Shown: positions 12,001 to 18,030 of the stretch, in pieces
How positions within the stretch are numbered: the stretch's first letter is position 1
How the letters are laid out: every line of letters begins with the position of its first letter
Origin: Acetivibrio alkalicellulosi
GTDB taxonomy: Bacteria; Bacillota; Clostridia; Acetivibrionales; Acetivibrionaceae
Length of the DNA stretch: 64,000 nucleotides
Direction of reading: 5' to 3'
Assembly (NCBI GenBank): GCA_008125075.1
Contig: VLTH01000002.1
Coordinates: 1,307,965-1,371,964, forward strand
Notes under the pieces: model-generated
The model's input: the letters and a program-made list of their open reading frames with translations, nothing else
Told to the model about the DNA's origin: nothing
Databases searched by the model: none
Position numbers and translations under genes: made by a program

Positions 12001-12790
12001 ATAATTCATTGCTAGGCTCTGAGATACTTCCTTCTATATCTACTGCCTTTATGGTAAATATATAATGTGTATAAGGTGAAAGATTTTCTATTATACATGA
12101 TGTATACATAGCATCAACTGTTTTAATTAGAGAATTGTCTTCATAAATATTATAATAACTTATATCTTCATTATCTGAACCTTCTGTCCACTCTAATTCT
12201 ACTTTTGTACTGGTCTTTGATTTCAATACAAGATTTTGTGGTGCTAAAGGAGTTAAAACATCTTCTTCAGTTAGCATTTCATTGTCTTCTATTAGTTCTT
12301 CTGTTTCCTCTGACACCTCAGTAAAATCTTCTTCAGCTCCTGATTCTACCAACTCATCTTCAAAGTCAATCCCTTCTAAAGCATCTAATTTCATACCTTC
12401 TTGACCACTGATGTTCTCGTCTTTTAATCCATCTATTTCTATACTTTCACGATCATTTATGTGCTTATTTTCTAAATCCATGTCTTCTTCTATTATTAGT
12501 TCAAATACATCATCATAGACATATGCCTCTTTTGCTATATCCCCATGACCATCGGCGTACTCATCTTTTGTACTCCCATTGTCATTTATTACTTCTTCTA
12601 AGTTATGGTCATAGAGTTTCTCCTTTTCACCCACATATTCATGTTCATCATCATAAAATTGTTGATTTTTATTGATCATTTCTCCTACTGAAGCATCAGC
12701 AAGAACATATGAATTCTGATAAGAAAAACTCATGGTCAGACACATAACTATAACCATTATAAATGCCACGTACCTATTAAAAATACTCAC
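1..12790 (-). CDS. Giant secreted multi-domain surface protein, 5' part only (more than 4260 aa in window; the C-terminus lies beyond the window start). Order of parts: signal peptide, acidic region, FN3 domain, at least 5 right-handed beta-helix modules, then a long array of FN3/Ig-like domains.
   Basis: Uninterrupted minus-strand reading frame from a GTG at 12790 to position 1. My hand translation of both ends finds no stops. The six-frame track shows only short plus-strand ORFs here, which is consistent with a single partial ORF running off the window. An RBS-like AAAGGGGTG lies 7 nt upstream of the GTG. The N-terminus MSIFNRYVAFIMVIVMCLTMSF...VLADA looks like a signal peptide. The translated segment GDLYIDNGSLNLNGYKLIVEGNLIHARGTLSINGGELIVNG is typical of a parallel beta-helix. 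Further 3' along the minus strand, units of about 270-275 nt recur, each encoding the FN3-like signature AYD...GN.S. Confidence 0.8.
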   Translation of the reverse strand, partial: MSIFNRYVAFIMVIVMCLTMSFSYQNSYVLADASVGEMINKNQQFYDDEHEYVGEKEKLYDHNLEEVINDNGSTKDEYADGHGDIAKEAYVYDDVFELIIEEDMDLENKHINDRESIEIDGLKDENISGQEGMKLDALEGIDFEDELVESGAEEDFTEVSEETEELIEDNEMLTEEDVLTPLAPQNLVLKSKTSTKVELEWTEGSDNEDISYYNIYEDNSLIKTVDAMYTSCIIENLSPYTHYIFTIKAVDIEGSISEPSNELYVTTPREKTVINSPTALFEDTVFGDLYIDNGSLNLNGYKLIVEGNLIHARGTLSINGGELIVNGDFRTQRENTNNQGDITYVGAEYAYLIMDNVDDYICVEGNFIMQACYTNNNRITGGILEVKGDFVQLTHRWGRDDFTATGSHRTIISGNGLQTVSLETQISRFNILEIKNYSDEGVEFVQSLNANVFIDNGCIVIFPRSEIVGWSLTGDQVYNGDLYLGGGVLDLNGYQLIINGNLIQSGGTVDVNGGKLHIEGDYRLQTEIEDVEGNKSYIHSNGYLKMTEEGAYVKVEGDFITHSQHSHNSYLTEGVLEVLGDFTHRIHSAQNNFRPTSNHKVVLSGENMQKVNFQNSVSSNSVINILEITNTSEGGIEFTSKVVVNGEIKETSTPITGGKNLYLGVNAEVNWEIWPYDLSIEDNRTMQNDMAIEGNFYIRNGTFNLNEKKLTIKGNLIHSRGTLNINGGELIVKGDYRIQTENVNNQGDITYGDADYAYLFMDKADGYICVEGNFITQSYFVNNNRITAGVLEVKGDFVQRTHRWNRDEFIASGSHRTILSGESLQTVTIQTPQSRFNILEIQNYSEEGIEFNQALNASTFIDNGCKIKFPGEEQLTGWKLLSDQDYDGNLYLGAGVLDLDGYVLTVHGDLIQSGGVMDINGGQLIVKGDYKIQTEIPTNDEKIYIYSNGYLKMTHEDDVVRVEGDFVTQSQYSHLDYLKEGILEVAGDFIQKIHSAQNNFRSTDNHKVVLNGDSLQRISFESSASSNSTINILEIKNTSQNGVRFTSKTVVTGEIMETLSPVQGGEYLFLGANAKVNWHVWPYDISIEENRTLQNDIEIKGSLYVHGGTLNLNKYNLTVGGNLIQAGGTININGGQLFVDGDYRIQSKNYQTDGSFSYGNSNGYIRMNNENDYVRIIGQFVTQSRYNHNGYLTSGILEVRGNFTQIRNTFTNSSIVNFRATQSHRSILSGSQLQWVSFQNPSDSGFNELVITKPLDGGGYSFNSIPVWNTLIEDVADHQPPTVPENIRVTGKTLTTITIEWDESTDNVQVEGYDIYRNGIRVGNTRTLRYIDQGLTPNTQYTYTVRAYDPSRNFSDDSEAISATTDVDDEPPTIPRNLSISSRTDTSVSLSWSASTDNAAVAGYKVLRNDTHIADTTNTRYTDSHLQPGTYVYTVKAYDASGNVSDISSSVTYDNEPPTVPQDVEVVSVTPTSVTIQWTASSDNIGVSGYRVYRNGSFIRNITQTSFTDTGLTPDETYVYTVEAYDVAGNRSGESESITVTAAVDTEPPTIPGNLRINSKTQSSITLIWNNSTDNVRVEGYNVYRDGEKIGSSNINRYTDEDVSTDNIYTYTVTAYDKAGNESEESQPLSADIKIPGTPEEIFVTAGELKVDVVWSKVDENVHRYRIYKSANGEEYQLISQLISTSYTDTNLLEGTTYTYKVTVIDSFGVEGEGIISLPVTVLPDTTPPEIISITPADGSYIGEIVRLNVVSKDNVKVKNTEFLYSKDLTEDLWISIGVTTSGVIDWDTQHVEDGIYFVKVVVTDTSNNSSEAIVSYIIDSIPPDTPVLEASPIELGITLNWELVKIPENFDHFRIYRSIHSEELESFELIARTQSTFYTDYKAPLDSASYYKVTAVNILGSESEPSNIVNVTPGRDVTPPEIIRFTPVSGSPIRGNVEISAYARDNKGVSLYSFEFRPLDVEEWTLIGEVHNATQQEVTVIWDTLAKDSDGNYIYSDGEYQIRVVVSDEAGNYSEKVHTYTLTNDPPLPPEYLYVKAGEWQMVVSWSPVLRPDFRYYVLYRKEGRDGEWKKIVERTTSNVFIDTMKDPQIEYFYKVAVVNDLGRESESTYDYSNDEIISEHIDIRSLHQASNPLILDMMPYEFFRTNSTLELETIISDPVGVSLIYEYAYLGESPYANITGDEIWHIIGEDISPRQGETLDLEDILEIIMDGDIPQVGIGENYYISSYIWDVSHLASGTYAVRASAINKGNNETSFIKRYIVDREIPLAPSNLAVMDSHSGGELHLSWERSLSDDVEKYALYRATESGGPFILVESTKGLVYRDTGLENGVIYHYVVRAVDMAGNESENSNQVSGVPSAKSDLTVTQISTSPGLPTYEREGEITALIKNLAYAKAHGNVSFYIQDNDEWSSIGSTIVEVRSMNSTEASISWIPDKNLESPVNIKVVVDTLPGTEDIDLDNNTLYSEIRLNKAPTAYIKTSEQIYSGDRLSLDGSESSDTDGRIVSYTWDLGDGAIKSGAIITHVYQIPGQYNISLAVTDNNGAVSEDAVTVKVLDNRPDLIVNDIVWEPISPDEGDQVKITAHIGNIGNGANKQGFLTGFYINNRYLGYVRVDESIEPGESVQVPFTWIAEPGVHVVKVVANDILDNLKEIDMSNNSKSIPLTTTQVNFPDVKVVDITWTSGDKVDIDSESHFGYRAAIANIGTARAERFYVSLYINGEWVAKQHVNVLDVDQTREIMFVVRPEDGKHEVTVKVDDPDPSLLELDRDNNIMSVVTPEFRVTYPQIELSGVTWLPRETILTDGTSLTFETTVRNTGDIDIINKFDVDFVVNGERIRTITIDGLSAGEEREVWTRWLARPGSHSVSVIADPLGIVTGDKDEIRVDAKVPELRMIYPDLHISDVQWSPMSIKYGEPVTFIARVSNQSVTSIFDQFNVGLYVEGEQVARKQVSGLRGHSTAIVDLTWIPQKTGDVDVKIVVDKADRIVQQPIKEGVRRSWQESFNVADALVVQVNPDPHDQSEQFMAHVYSTTDNFIPIRAIVKKASDLSRVLGPNDGISAFYTLRRDAQIIMDGEIGYDFAEGAFKGQLPVMSLESGRYRLTVEVGDGVENITLSSNIMMVQETVATVNTDKRAYQHGETVRISGQFRFRDGSPVANERIVLNLFLEPRLPFPVPAIINGKQIMKIWHAETIRFVNTDENGYFEMDFLPTTLGAGKWNVHAFAYEMGVGNVAVTDFTVWGMKASPSNLSIVSSKNSSFSRFISVENMAHAGHSLTGVSAVLVNLTPESGVRAVMDTSSLSSVITSGGKSGVMLNFNAPLDCEDIAEYQVIFSSAQGATYTSNIKLHLRPAVPMPVTEQKGVKVGVNPGGNAVKRITLTNKGLGRMDNIRLESPKDLPWIRGVNLEKTNLAPGESTSFDILINPPEGTSLGQYQDNIVVTDGKYSTTVAVGVEVSSANRGSLSFVVSDETGERVENAEVTIVGKEPYIQVIRGQEVTYYENYYGRTNSNGIVTFDNTPLGEYDYTIRARGRNRVDGTAQVMPMRDAALVEVIMEVQPVTIEWTVVPTTIEDKYDIELELTFGTNIPRPKFGFVPPWVTVAKQINETVIVEAQVINTGLVAITDVTASVLRENLSDMGISIVGGGYIGEIPAHGSARISIMIQPGYYNLKSGINRDIGLPYNAIILQGKYVSFDSDTGLPEYPPKEVMGALPMYNPGERTAVLKIKDTEEEIEVNIPEGDLFEYDYFHPIRDRKDNSGSSGGDYQIVSLKLGQTATLERQAFDATLMVSNGYPDNSLDNLEVRVTITDEEGNDVTGQNFIIPTGITGISSLDGADSLSAGDNMTATWQLIPGEGLGGQEAEGKVYLARAIVSYYVNGRYVETQTQPEEITIYPQPKIKLNYYIPGKVQSGQPFRLGVVAENMGYGEAKNLVIDSGQLSISANQPGLLTEFNILETSFGSNTGNRFRLNLGNIEPGQRTSGYWLVRWDMYEEEEGAEPFEGEFRDFRATLTHRDYKGVQLNPLIVGISTEIIGKDNLFLDDSGDDGVLSLVDVGETGFPNYLINLNTGMRLPIYVPQSLKVEKQPDGENETTLEFSVPALEEDPNKPEMPRYQVLMLKDPLPDTPIRSVTRIVDGEEEVSLSRNNVWKNNGYIYIVDETPMSQVKPEGYLNNQERYYYPASYSIDFSMGSVIEKLEYARIYYDIDPHTLQTESKYAYYDIGVHPNEGELTRVRAAVENKGTSVESGVVEFFATRLTSRGQKEVEIKIG
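9150..11950 (-). repeat. Tandem intragenic repeat of alternating A/B modules, each about 600 bp (a super-repeat of about 1.2 kb, at least 2.5 copies). These encode the beta-helix modules of the giant protein.
   Basis: Near-identical stretches recur at about 9190, 9830, 10400, 11045 and 11620. For example, 11617-11700 resembles 10396-10480, and 11041-11130 resembles 9826-9915. A-type and B-type copies alternate. Confidence 0.75.
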
Positions 12791-12861
12791 AAATACACCC
12801 CTTTTTTTACCCACATAAAAATTAAACTCTGTTATTATTATTTAAGTAAGAATGGAAGATT

Positions 12862-12990
12862 GAATATATACTATTCTTCTCAAAAAGTTCTTTTTACTAA
12901 ACTTTTATACATTAAGTCTTATAGCTTAAGTTTCATAAGACTCTTTTTGAGAAAATGTAGTTCCTCTGTTTATTGCATCGAACTTACTAA
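12862..12990 (-). repeat. R4-c: a diverged copy of the roughly 120-bp R4 repeat in reverse orientation. It carries an inserted AAGTCTT...AAGACT hairpin and sits 70-200 bp upstream of the giant gene.
   Basis: 12856-12880 is identical to the reverse complement of the R4 end (tatatactattcttctcaaaaagtt). The internal block tagttcctctgtttat is conserved. Overall identity to the reverse complement of R4-a is about 70%, and there is an insertion of about 35 bp. Confidence 0.55.
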
Positions 12991-13353
12991 CTTGATTTGA
13001 GCTTACGCTGAGAAATGTATATGAGTTCATCAAATAATTAAATACTCTACTACGTAATTTCAAAACGGCTTAACAGCTTATGCAGGATATTAAATAATTT
13101 TTATTTAATTAACATTATGTATAATTATATAATTAACCACCTCTAAAATCAACTTATATTGTTTAAGAATTTAAGAAAGGTGTATTTAATATATGTGAAG
13201 AAAAATATTCCAGAAACTTAAGTTTCCCAGTCTAGAGCCAGTAAATACTCCTGGAGGCGGAGCAAGTTAGCCTTTAACATAAAAAAGTGTTTAAGTAACT
13301 TTTTGAGTTGACAAAGGGACGAAGGTGTTAACTATCGTCCCTTTGTTAAAATT

Positions 13354-13419
13354 CTTGGAACAAAGTGAAAGACTTAAAATCGAAGGGGCTCGATGCCCCG
13401 TAAATATTTCAGACATTCC
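13354..13419 (+). repeat. R1-A element (two hairpins ending in GGGGCTCGATGCCCC) fused to a right-end fragment of the R2 element (gtaaatatttcagacattcc). It probably also acts as the terminator of the binding-lipoprotein gene.
   Basis: The sequence cttggaacaaagtgaaagacttaaaatcgaaggggctcgatgcccc is shared with copies at 25633, 53585 and 48803 (the last in reverse). The final 20 nt match the right inverted repeat of R2 copies at 18162-18181 and 62275-62294. Confidence 0.7.
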
Positions 13420-15078
13420 TTAATTAAAAGGTATATACCATTTTGAATAATCCTCATATTTATTCCATATACTTGGATTTAATTCTCCTCGTATCTTCCT
13501 ATTAAATAAAGCGGCATCGTTATAAAAGTATAACCCCAAATATGGTACATCTTGGTTTATTAATCTTCTCATATTTATAAAATATGATTTCTTCCTTGAA
13601 AAGTTATTTTCCTTTAGAATAAGATCAAGATACATGTCAACCCCTTCTCTTTCGTAACCTGCTATATTAAAACCTCCTATTTCTTTTGAAGAATACATAA
13701 AAGAAATATCGGCTACTGAAGTTATTGTACATCCAATTAAAACCATGTCGAATTTACCCGAGCTAATCCTTTGATTCATTTCATCCCACGTAACCTCATC
13801 TATTTCTATTTCTATTCCTATTTCTTTTAGCTGATTTTTTATCTCATGAGCAACTTTTATTCGAGTACTGTTATCATTGTTTACCAGTAGCTCAAGCTTT
13901 AGAGGTTTATTAGCCCAACCAATTTTCTTATGAAGCACACCCTGATTGTTTTCTTCCCATCCACTTTCTAAAATAAGTTCTCTTGCCTTATTTATATTTA
14001 CTTCTTTAGAAATGATATTGGTATCATAAATCCATGTGTCAGGTATTACTGGCATCTCTGAAGCTATAGCTTCACCTGGCATAATATTATTTATTAATTT
14101 ATCTCTGTCAACAGTATAAGCTATTGCATTTCTTATTTCACTCTCTTGTAAAATACTATTGGAAAGATTAAAGGCAATAAACTCAAACTTATTACTAGGA
14201 TATTTTTTCAGTGCAATGTCTGATCTGCCAATGTACCTTATCCAAGCTGATCTATCCATATGAATTATGTCAACCTCTTTAGATTGAAAGGCATCACCAA
14301 TTGACATATTCCTTGGAAATATTTTTATAACAATTTGAGAGATATAGGGAAGGTTAATTTCATTTTCCCCTTCTCCCTCACCTCTCCACCAATTTTCATT
14401 TTTTATAAGCTTAATATGCTTATTTGCCTCATACTCTGAAAACTTATAAGGGCCAGTTCCCACTGGTCTGTTATTCCTATCCGTTGTAAGTATCTCTTCT
14501 TCGTAAAAATAGTGTTTAGGGATAATTGGAAATGACAGAAGCTCCGGAGTAAAAGAGTTAGGACTGTTTAGTTCCACTTTAAATGTCATATTGTCAACTA
14601 CTGAAAAAGCACTTATATTTTTAAGATTGATTCTATAGTGACTATTAACAGAACTACTAAGTATTACATTAAAAGTAAACTCCACATCTTCCGATGTAAA
14701 AGGTATATTATCATGCCAGTAAACATTTTCTCTTAAATAAAAAGTCCATTGAAGACCATCATCAGAAACTTCCCAACTTCTAGCAAGTAAAGGAACTGGC
14801 TTTTGTCTTCTGTCTATCTCTACGAGACTCTCAAATATAAATTCCGAATAATCTTTAACATAGGCATTTTTTGTCAGTAAAGGATTGAGTGTATCTGGCT
14901 GGGTAGAAAAAAGATTTAACACTCCACCTTCTTCAGGTCCTCTATCTATAACATCATCTAGAATATAATTTAATGGCATATTCTCTTCATCAGGTTCTTC
15001 TTCATAAATATATAATTCACAGGATGAAATAAATATACTAAATATTATTAATATGATTATAACTATAGTTTTTTTCAA
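13420..15078 (-). CDS. ABC-transporter substrate-binding lipoprotein, family 5 (oligopeptide/dipeptide-binding, OppA/DppA-like). It is an orphan: no permease or ATPase genes lie next to it.
   Basis: 552-aa ORF. The lipoprotein signal MKKTIVIIILIIFSIFISSC ends in a lipobox cysteine. Size and sequence character fit cluster-5 solute-binding proteins. I recognise the family from the translation. Confidence 0.75.
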   Translation of the reverse strand: MKKTIVIIILIIFSIFISSCELYIYEEEPDEENMPLNYILDDVIDRGPEEGGVLNLFSTQPDTLNPLLTKNAYVKDYSEFIFESLVEIDRRQKPVPLLARSWEVSDDGLQWTFYLRENVYWHDNIPFTSEDVEFTFNVILSSSVNSHYRINLKNISAFSVVDNMTFKVELNSPNSFTPELLSFPIIPKHYFYEEEILTTDRNNRPVGTGPYKFSEYEANKHIKLIKNENWWRGEGEGENEINLPYISQIVIKIFPRNMSIGDAFQSKEVDIIHMDRSAWIRYIGRSDIALKKYPSNKFEFIAFNLSNSILQESEIRNAIAYTVDRDKLINNIMPGEAIASEMPVIPDTWIYDTNIISKEVNINKARELILESGWEENNQGVLHKKIGWANKPLKLELLVNNDNSTRIKVAHEIKNQLKEIGIEIEIDEVTWDEMNQRISSGKFDMVLIGCTITSVADISFMYSSKEIGGFNIAGYEREGVDMYLDLILKENNFSRKKSYFINMRRLINQDVPYLGLYFYNDAALFNRKIRGELNPSIWNKYEDYSKWYIPFN

Positions 15079-15173
15079 AAATATCTCCCTTTCTTAGACA
15101 AGGAATTGTTATATACAATAAAATTTATTCTAATACTCCACCTTAAGCCCCAATGTTTCACTTTATTGCAAAA

Positions 15174-16004
15174 CTAATTAATTTGCATAATGGCTGCTAA
15201 AGTACCAGTTTTACCTTTATGTCCTCTATGTGAAAAAAACATATCCTTATTGCATTTTGTACAGATTTTGCAATTAAAAATATTCTCATCTCTTAGACCT
15301 TGATATATTAAGCTCTTTATAATTAATGATTGAAGATCCACTTTCCACTTGATACCATCTTTATTATAAAGTAGCTCACTCCAGTAAGCATTCTTTTCAA
15401 ACTCCTTTAATGCATCATCTTCAACTTCAAAACAACACCTTCCAATAGAAGGCCCTATAATTACCTCTATATTTGACTCTATGCTTCCATACTCTTCTTT
15501 CATTAATTTTACTGCCTCAACAGATATATTTTTTACCGTTCCTCTCCACCCTGAGTGAACAAGTGAAATAACTGTTTTGACTGGGTCAAATAAAAAAACT
15601 GGCACACAATCTGCATAAAAAGTTACCAATGCAACATTTTTTACATTTGTAACAAGACCATCAAATCCAATAATATCACTTTCTCTGATTATTCCCTTTC
15701 CTCTATCATCCTCATTAACTACTCTAATTTTACTATCATGAACTTGATTAGAAAAAACCATATTTTTTATATCAATATCAATAGACTTTGCAACTCTTTT
15801 ATAATTTTCTTCAACATTTTTTCTATCATCACTTTTATTAAATGCCATATTTAAAGATTGATACTCACTTTTACTTACTCCACCATTTCTTGTTGTAAAA
15901 CAGTGAGTAATATTATTGTATTTTAAAAATTTATTAAACTGTAACAATTCAACTCCATTATATTCCTTTAACACAACACCGTTATTACTAAACCTATGAT
16001 TCAA
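15174..16004 (-). CDS. pgeF: PgeF/YfiH-family protein (DUF152, laccase-domain, purine nucleoside phosphorylase/peptidoglycan editing factor).
   Basis: The ORF contains NGGVS...HSGWRG...CCFEV, which is typical of the YfiH/PgeF family. The ORF track extends it to 16127. I place the start at the in-frame TTG at 16004, which has an AGGAGG 10 nt upstream and gives the usual family length of about 276 aa. The start remains uncertain. Confidence 0.7.
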   Translation of the reverse strand: MNHRFSNNGVVLKEYNGVELLQFNKFLKYNNITHCFTTRNGGVSKSEYQSLNMAFNKSDDRKNVEENYKRVAKSIDIDIKNMVFSNQVHDSKIRVVNEDDRGKGIIRESDIIGFDGLVTNVKNVALVTFYADCVPVFLFDPVKTVISLVHSGWRGTVKNISVEAVKLMKEEYGSIESNIEVIIGPSIGRCCFEVEDDALKEFEKNAYWSELLYNKDGIKWKVDLQSLIIKSLIYQGLRDENIFNCKICTKCNKDMFFSHRGHKGKTGTLAAIMQIN

Positions 16005-16152
16005 TGTATGTTTTCCTCCTAAAATGCAATATACGTAAAAATCAATTAAATAAACAATAGAACCTTTGATTTTATGCCCATGAGTGTCTATATAAAACAA
16101 TATATCATACACCATTTTAGTTTGCAATGCACCTTAATATGGGTTATTTGTA

Positions 16153-17277
16153 CTATTTTAAAGCTTCATGACACTCTTTTAGTTGTTTCCTTATTTCAAT
16201 TTTTTGAGGACATTTAGTTTCACAAATTCCGCACTGGTTGCAGGCATCTGCTCTATTACCCTTAACCCATTCATTTGTTCCAATTTCTGCATACCCATTT
16301 TGTGCGTACTCTTTAATACCGTAAACTCTATAATAATTCATCATCTCAAAAATTCTAGGAATATTAACATCTCTAGGGCATGGCATGCAGTATTTACAGG
16401 CTGTACAATAGAGTTTAGATAATTTTTCATTTTCTACCATCATTTCATTTATTGCTTTTATTTCATCTTTTGACAATGGCTCATTGTTAGATCCAGTAGA
16501 CGCATTTTCTTCAACCATATCAATGTTGCTCATTCCTGACAATGCACAATCTATATTTCTATTAGAAAAGACAAACCTTAGTGCAAGTTCAGCATTACTA
16601 TTTACTTTTATGCCCAATCTATCTGCCAACTCTTTCGGGAGACCTGATACACGACCTCCTCCAACAGGCCCCATAACAACAACACCAAGCCCCTTTTCTT
16701 TAGCATACCTGATAGATTCTTCACAACTTCTATCTATGGCATTGTATTGGCATAAAACAGACTCAAACATCTCTAGATCAATTAGTTTTTTCATGTTTTC
16801 AGGTTTATCATGAAATGAAAATGAAATATGTTTAATTAAGCCTTCTTCTTTTGCCTTCTGCGCTTCACTAATCCATTTTGATTTCTTATCCGTATTAAAA
16901 AGGCTCTCATATCCTATACCATGAAAATGATAAAAATCAATGTGATCCATATCCAGTCGTACAAGCTGTTCTTCAAGTATTCTTCTGTAGTCGCCTTCTT
17001 TTTTCAACAGATGTCCTGGACTCTTCGAAGACACATATACCTTATCTCTAATGCCTTTTAAAGCCTTTCCCACCATATTCTCACTTAAATTATTGCAATA
17101 AAAGTATGCTGTATCAAAATAATTTACACCTAGTTCATATGCCCTGTTAATCATATTTATAGCTTTATCTTCATCAATAATATCCTTGCCATTAACTTTT
17201 ATCATTGGAAACCTCATGCACCCAAAACCTAACCTTGATATATTAATGCCAGTATTTCCAAATTTACAATACTTCAT
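16153..17277 (-). CDS. Aldo/keto reductase fused to a C-terminal 4Fe-4S ferredoxin-like domain.
   Basis: 374 aa. The N-terminal AKR region reads GFGCMRF...LGVNYFDTAYFY. The C-terminus carries CTACKYCMPCP and CNQCGICETKCP, which are two CxxCxxCxxxCP ferredoxin motifs. Confidence 0.85.
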   Translation of the reverse strand: MKYCKFGNTGINISRLGFGCMRFPMIKVNGKDIIDEDKAINMINRAYELGVNYFDTAYFYCNNLSENMVGKALKGIRDKVYVSSKSPGHLLKKEGDYRRILEEQLVRLDMDHIDFYHFHGIGYESLFNTDKKSKWISEAQKAKEEGLIKHISFSFHDKPENMKKLIDLEMFESVLCQYNAIDRSCEESIRYAKEKGLGVVVMGPVGGGRVSGLPKELADRLGIKVNSNAELALRFVFSNRNIDCALSGMSNIDMVEENASTGSNNEPLSKDEIKAINEMMVENEKLSKLYCTACKYCMPCPRDVNIPRIFEMMNYYRVYGIKEYAQNGYAEIGTNEWVKGNRADACNQCGICETKCPQKIEIRKQLKECHEALK

Positions 17278-17465
17278 ATCTAAAACACCTCTTTACTATT
17301 GTATATTTTGACAACTTCTACTATTAGTTTTAAAAAATCAGTCTAATTTATTTTTCACAAGCCTATTTTAGCATTTAATTATGCATAAGTCTAATTTACA
17401 TTTAAAAACGGTGAATATTTTTCTTCGCATTTATTAAATTCACCCTAAAAAATTTAGTATTTAAA

Positions 17466-17505
17466 TAAGTGAACTCGTTTTAGCTAAAGCTAAACGAGTT
17501 CACTT
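17466..17505 (-). terminator. Perfect 14-bp-stem hairpin, aagtgaactcgttt/aaacgagttcactt. Likely a terminator or processing site downstream of the small secreted-protein gene.
   Basis: The perfect inverted repeat is seen directly. The flanking T-run is weak, so the terminator function is inferred. Confidence 0.4.
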
Positions 17506-17506
17506 G

Positions 17507-17604
17507 GGAATGCTGAAAATATAACTTCAACTACTATTTCTCTTCAGGTCTTATTTGATGCCAAATAGCCCCCATGAGGAGTGCAAGTAATATTTCAGCT
17601 AATC
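17507..17604 (+). repeat. R2-a: MITE-like palindromic element, about 98 bp, with terminal inverted repeats of about 17-25 bp (GGAATGCTGAAAATATAACTTCCAC ... GTGGAAGTAATATTTCAG).
   Basis: Terminal inverted repeats are visible. Related copies lie at 18031-18181, 53469-53556 (reversed), 62221-62294 and the fragment at 13400-13419. The internal segment GGCCTTATTTGATGCCAAATAG forms a nested hairpin. Confidence 0.8.
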
Positions 17605-17619
17605 TCTATTTAAATTATA

Positions 17620-17988
17620 TTATTGTATTTGATGCATAAATACCTGTACCAAATACATTCGTGTTTCCTGAGAGTATGCTTGCATATTCTCAAAAGAATC
17701 CTCACATATTTCTTCAAATTTTTCATTTACAACTTTTTTCACATCGTCATAGTCCTTATCCTCCAATAAAATCAATACAACCCTTTCTCCATCAGTATCA
17801 GATAATTCAATTTTTTCTTTTAACACTTGGGTAATTTTTTCTTGGTCACAGTCATTGCTTGTTACTTCAAAATCATTTTGATTTTCTTCATTAAAAGTAC
17901 CAAACACCTCCTCTGAGATTGAACCCCCAAGTATTAAAACTACGTACAACACAAACATTGACAAACTAAGTGCTAACTTTTTTGCCAT
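17620..17988 (-). CDS. Small secreted hypothetical protein (signal peptide, acidic). It is flanked by two direct copies of the R2 element.
   Basis: Start taken at the second ATG, with AGGAGG 7 nt upstream. Translation: MAKKLALSLSMFVLYVVLILGGSISEEVFG.... No family recognised. Confidence 0.5.
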   Translation of the reverse strand: MAKKLALSLSMFVLYVVLILGGSISEEVFGTFNEENQNDFEVTSNDCDQEKITQVLKEKIELSDTDGERVVLILLEDKDYDDVKKVVNEKFEEICEDSFENMQAYSQETRMYLVQVFMHQIQ

Positions 17989-18030
17989 ATACATGCCTCC
18001 TTTAAAAATTTTTTTATATTTTAATATTTA

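Noticed and set aside
15927-16127. The N-terminal 41 codons of the PgeF ORF as drawn in the track (starting MQTKMVYDIL...).
   Set aside because: There is no RBS before that ATG. The family normally begins near the NGGVS region, and a TTG with AGGAGG lies at 16004. The extension is probably not translated.
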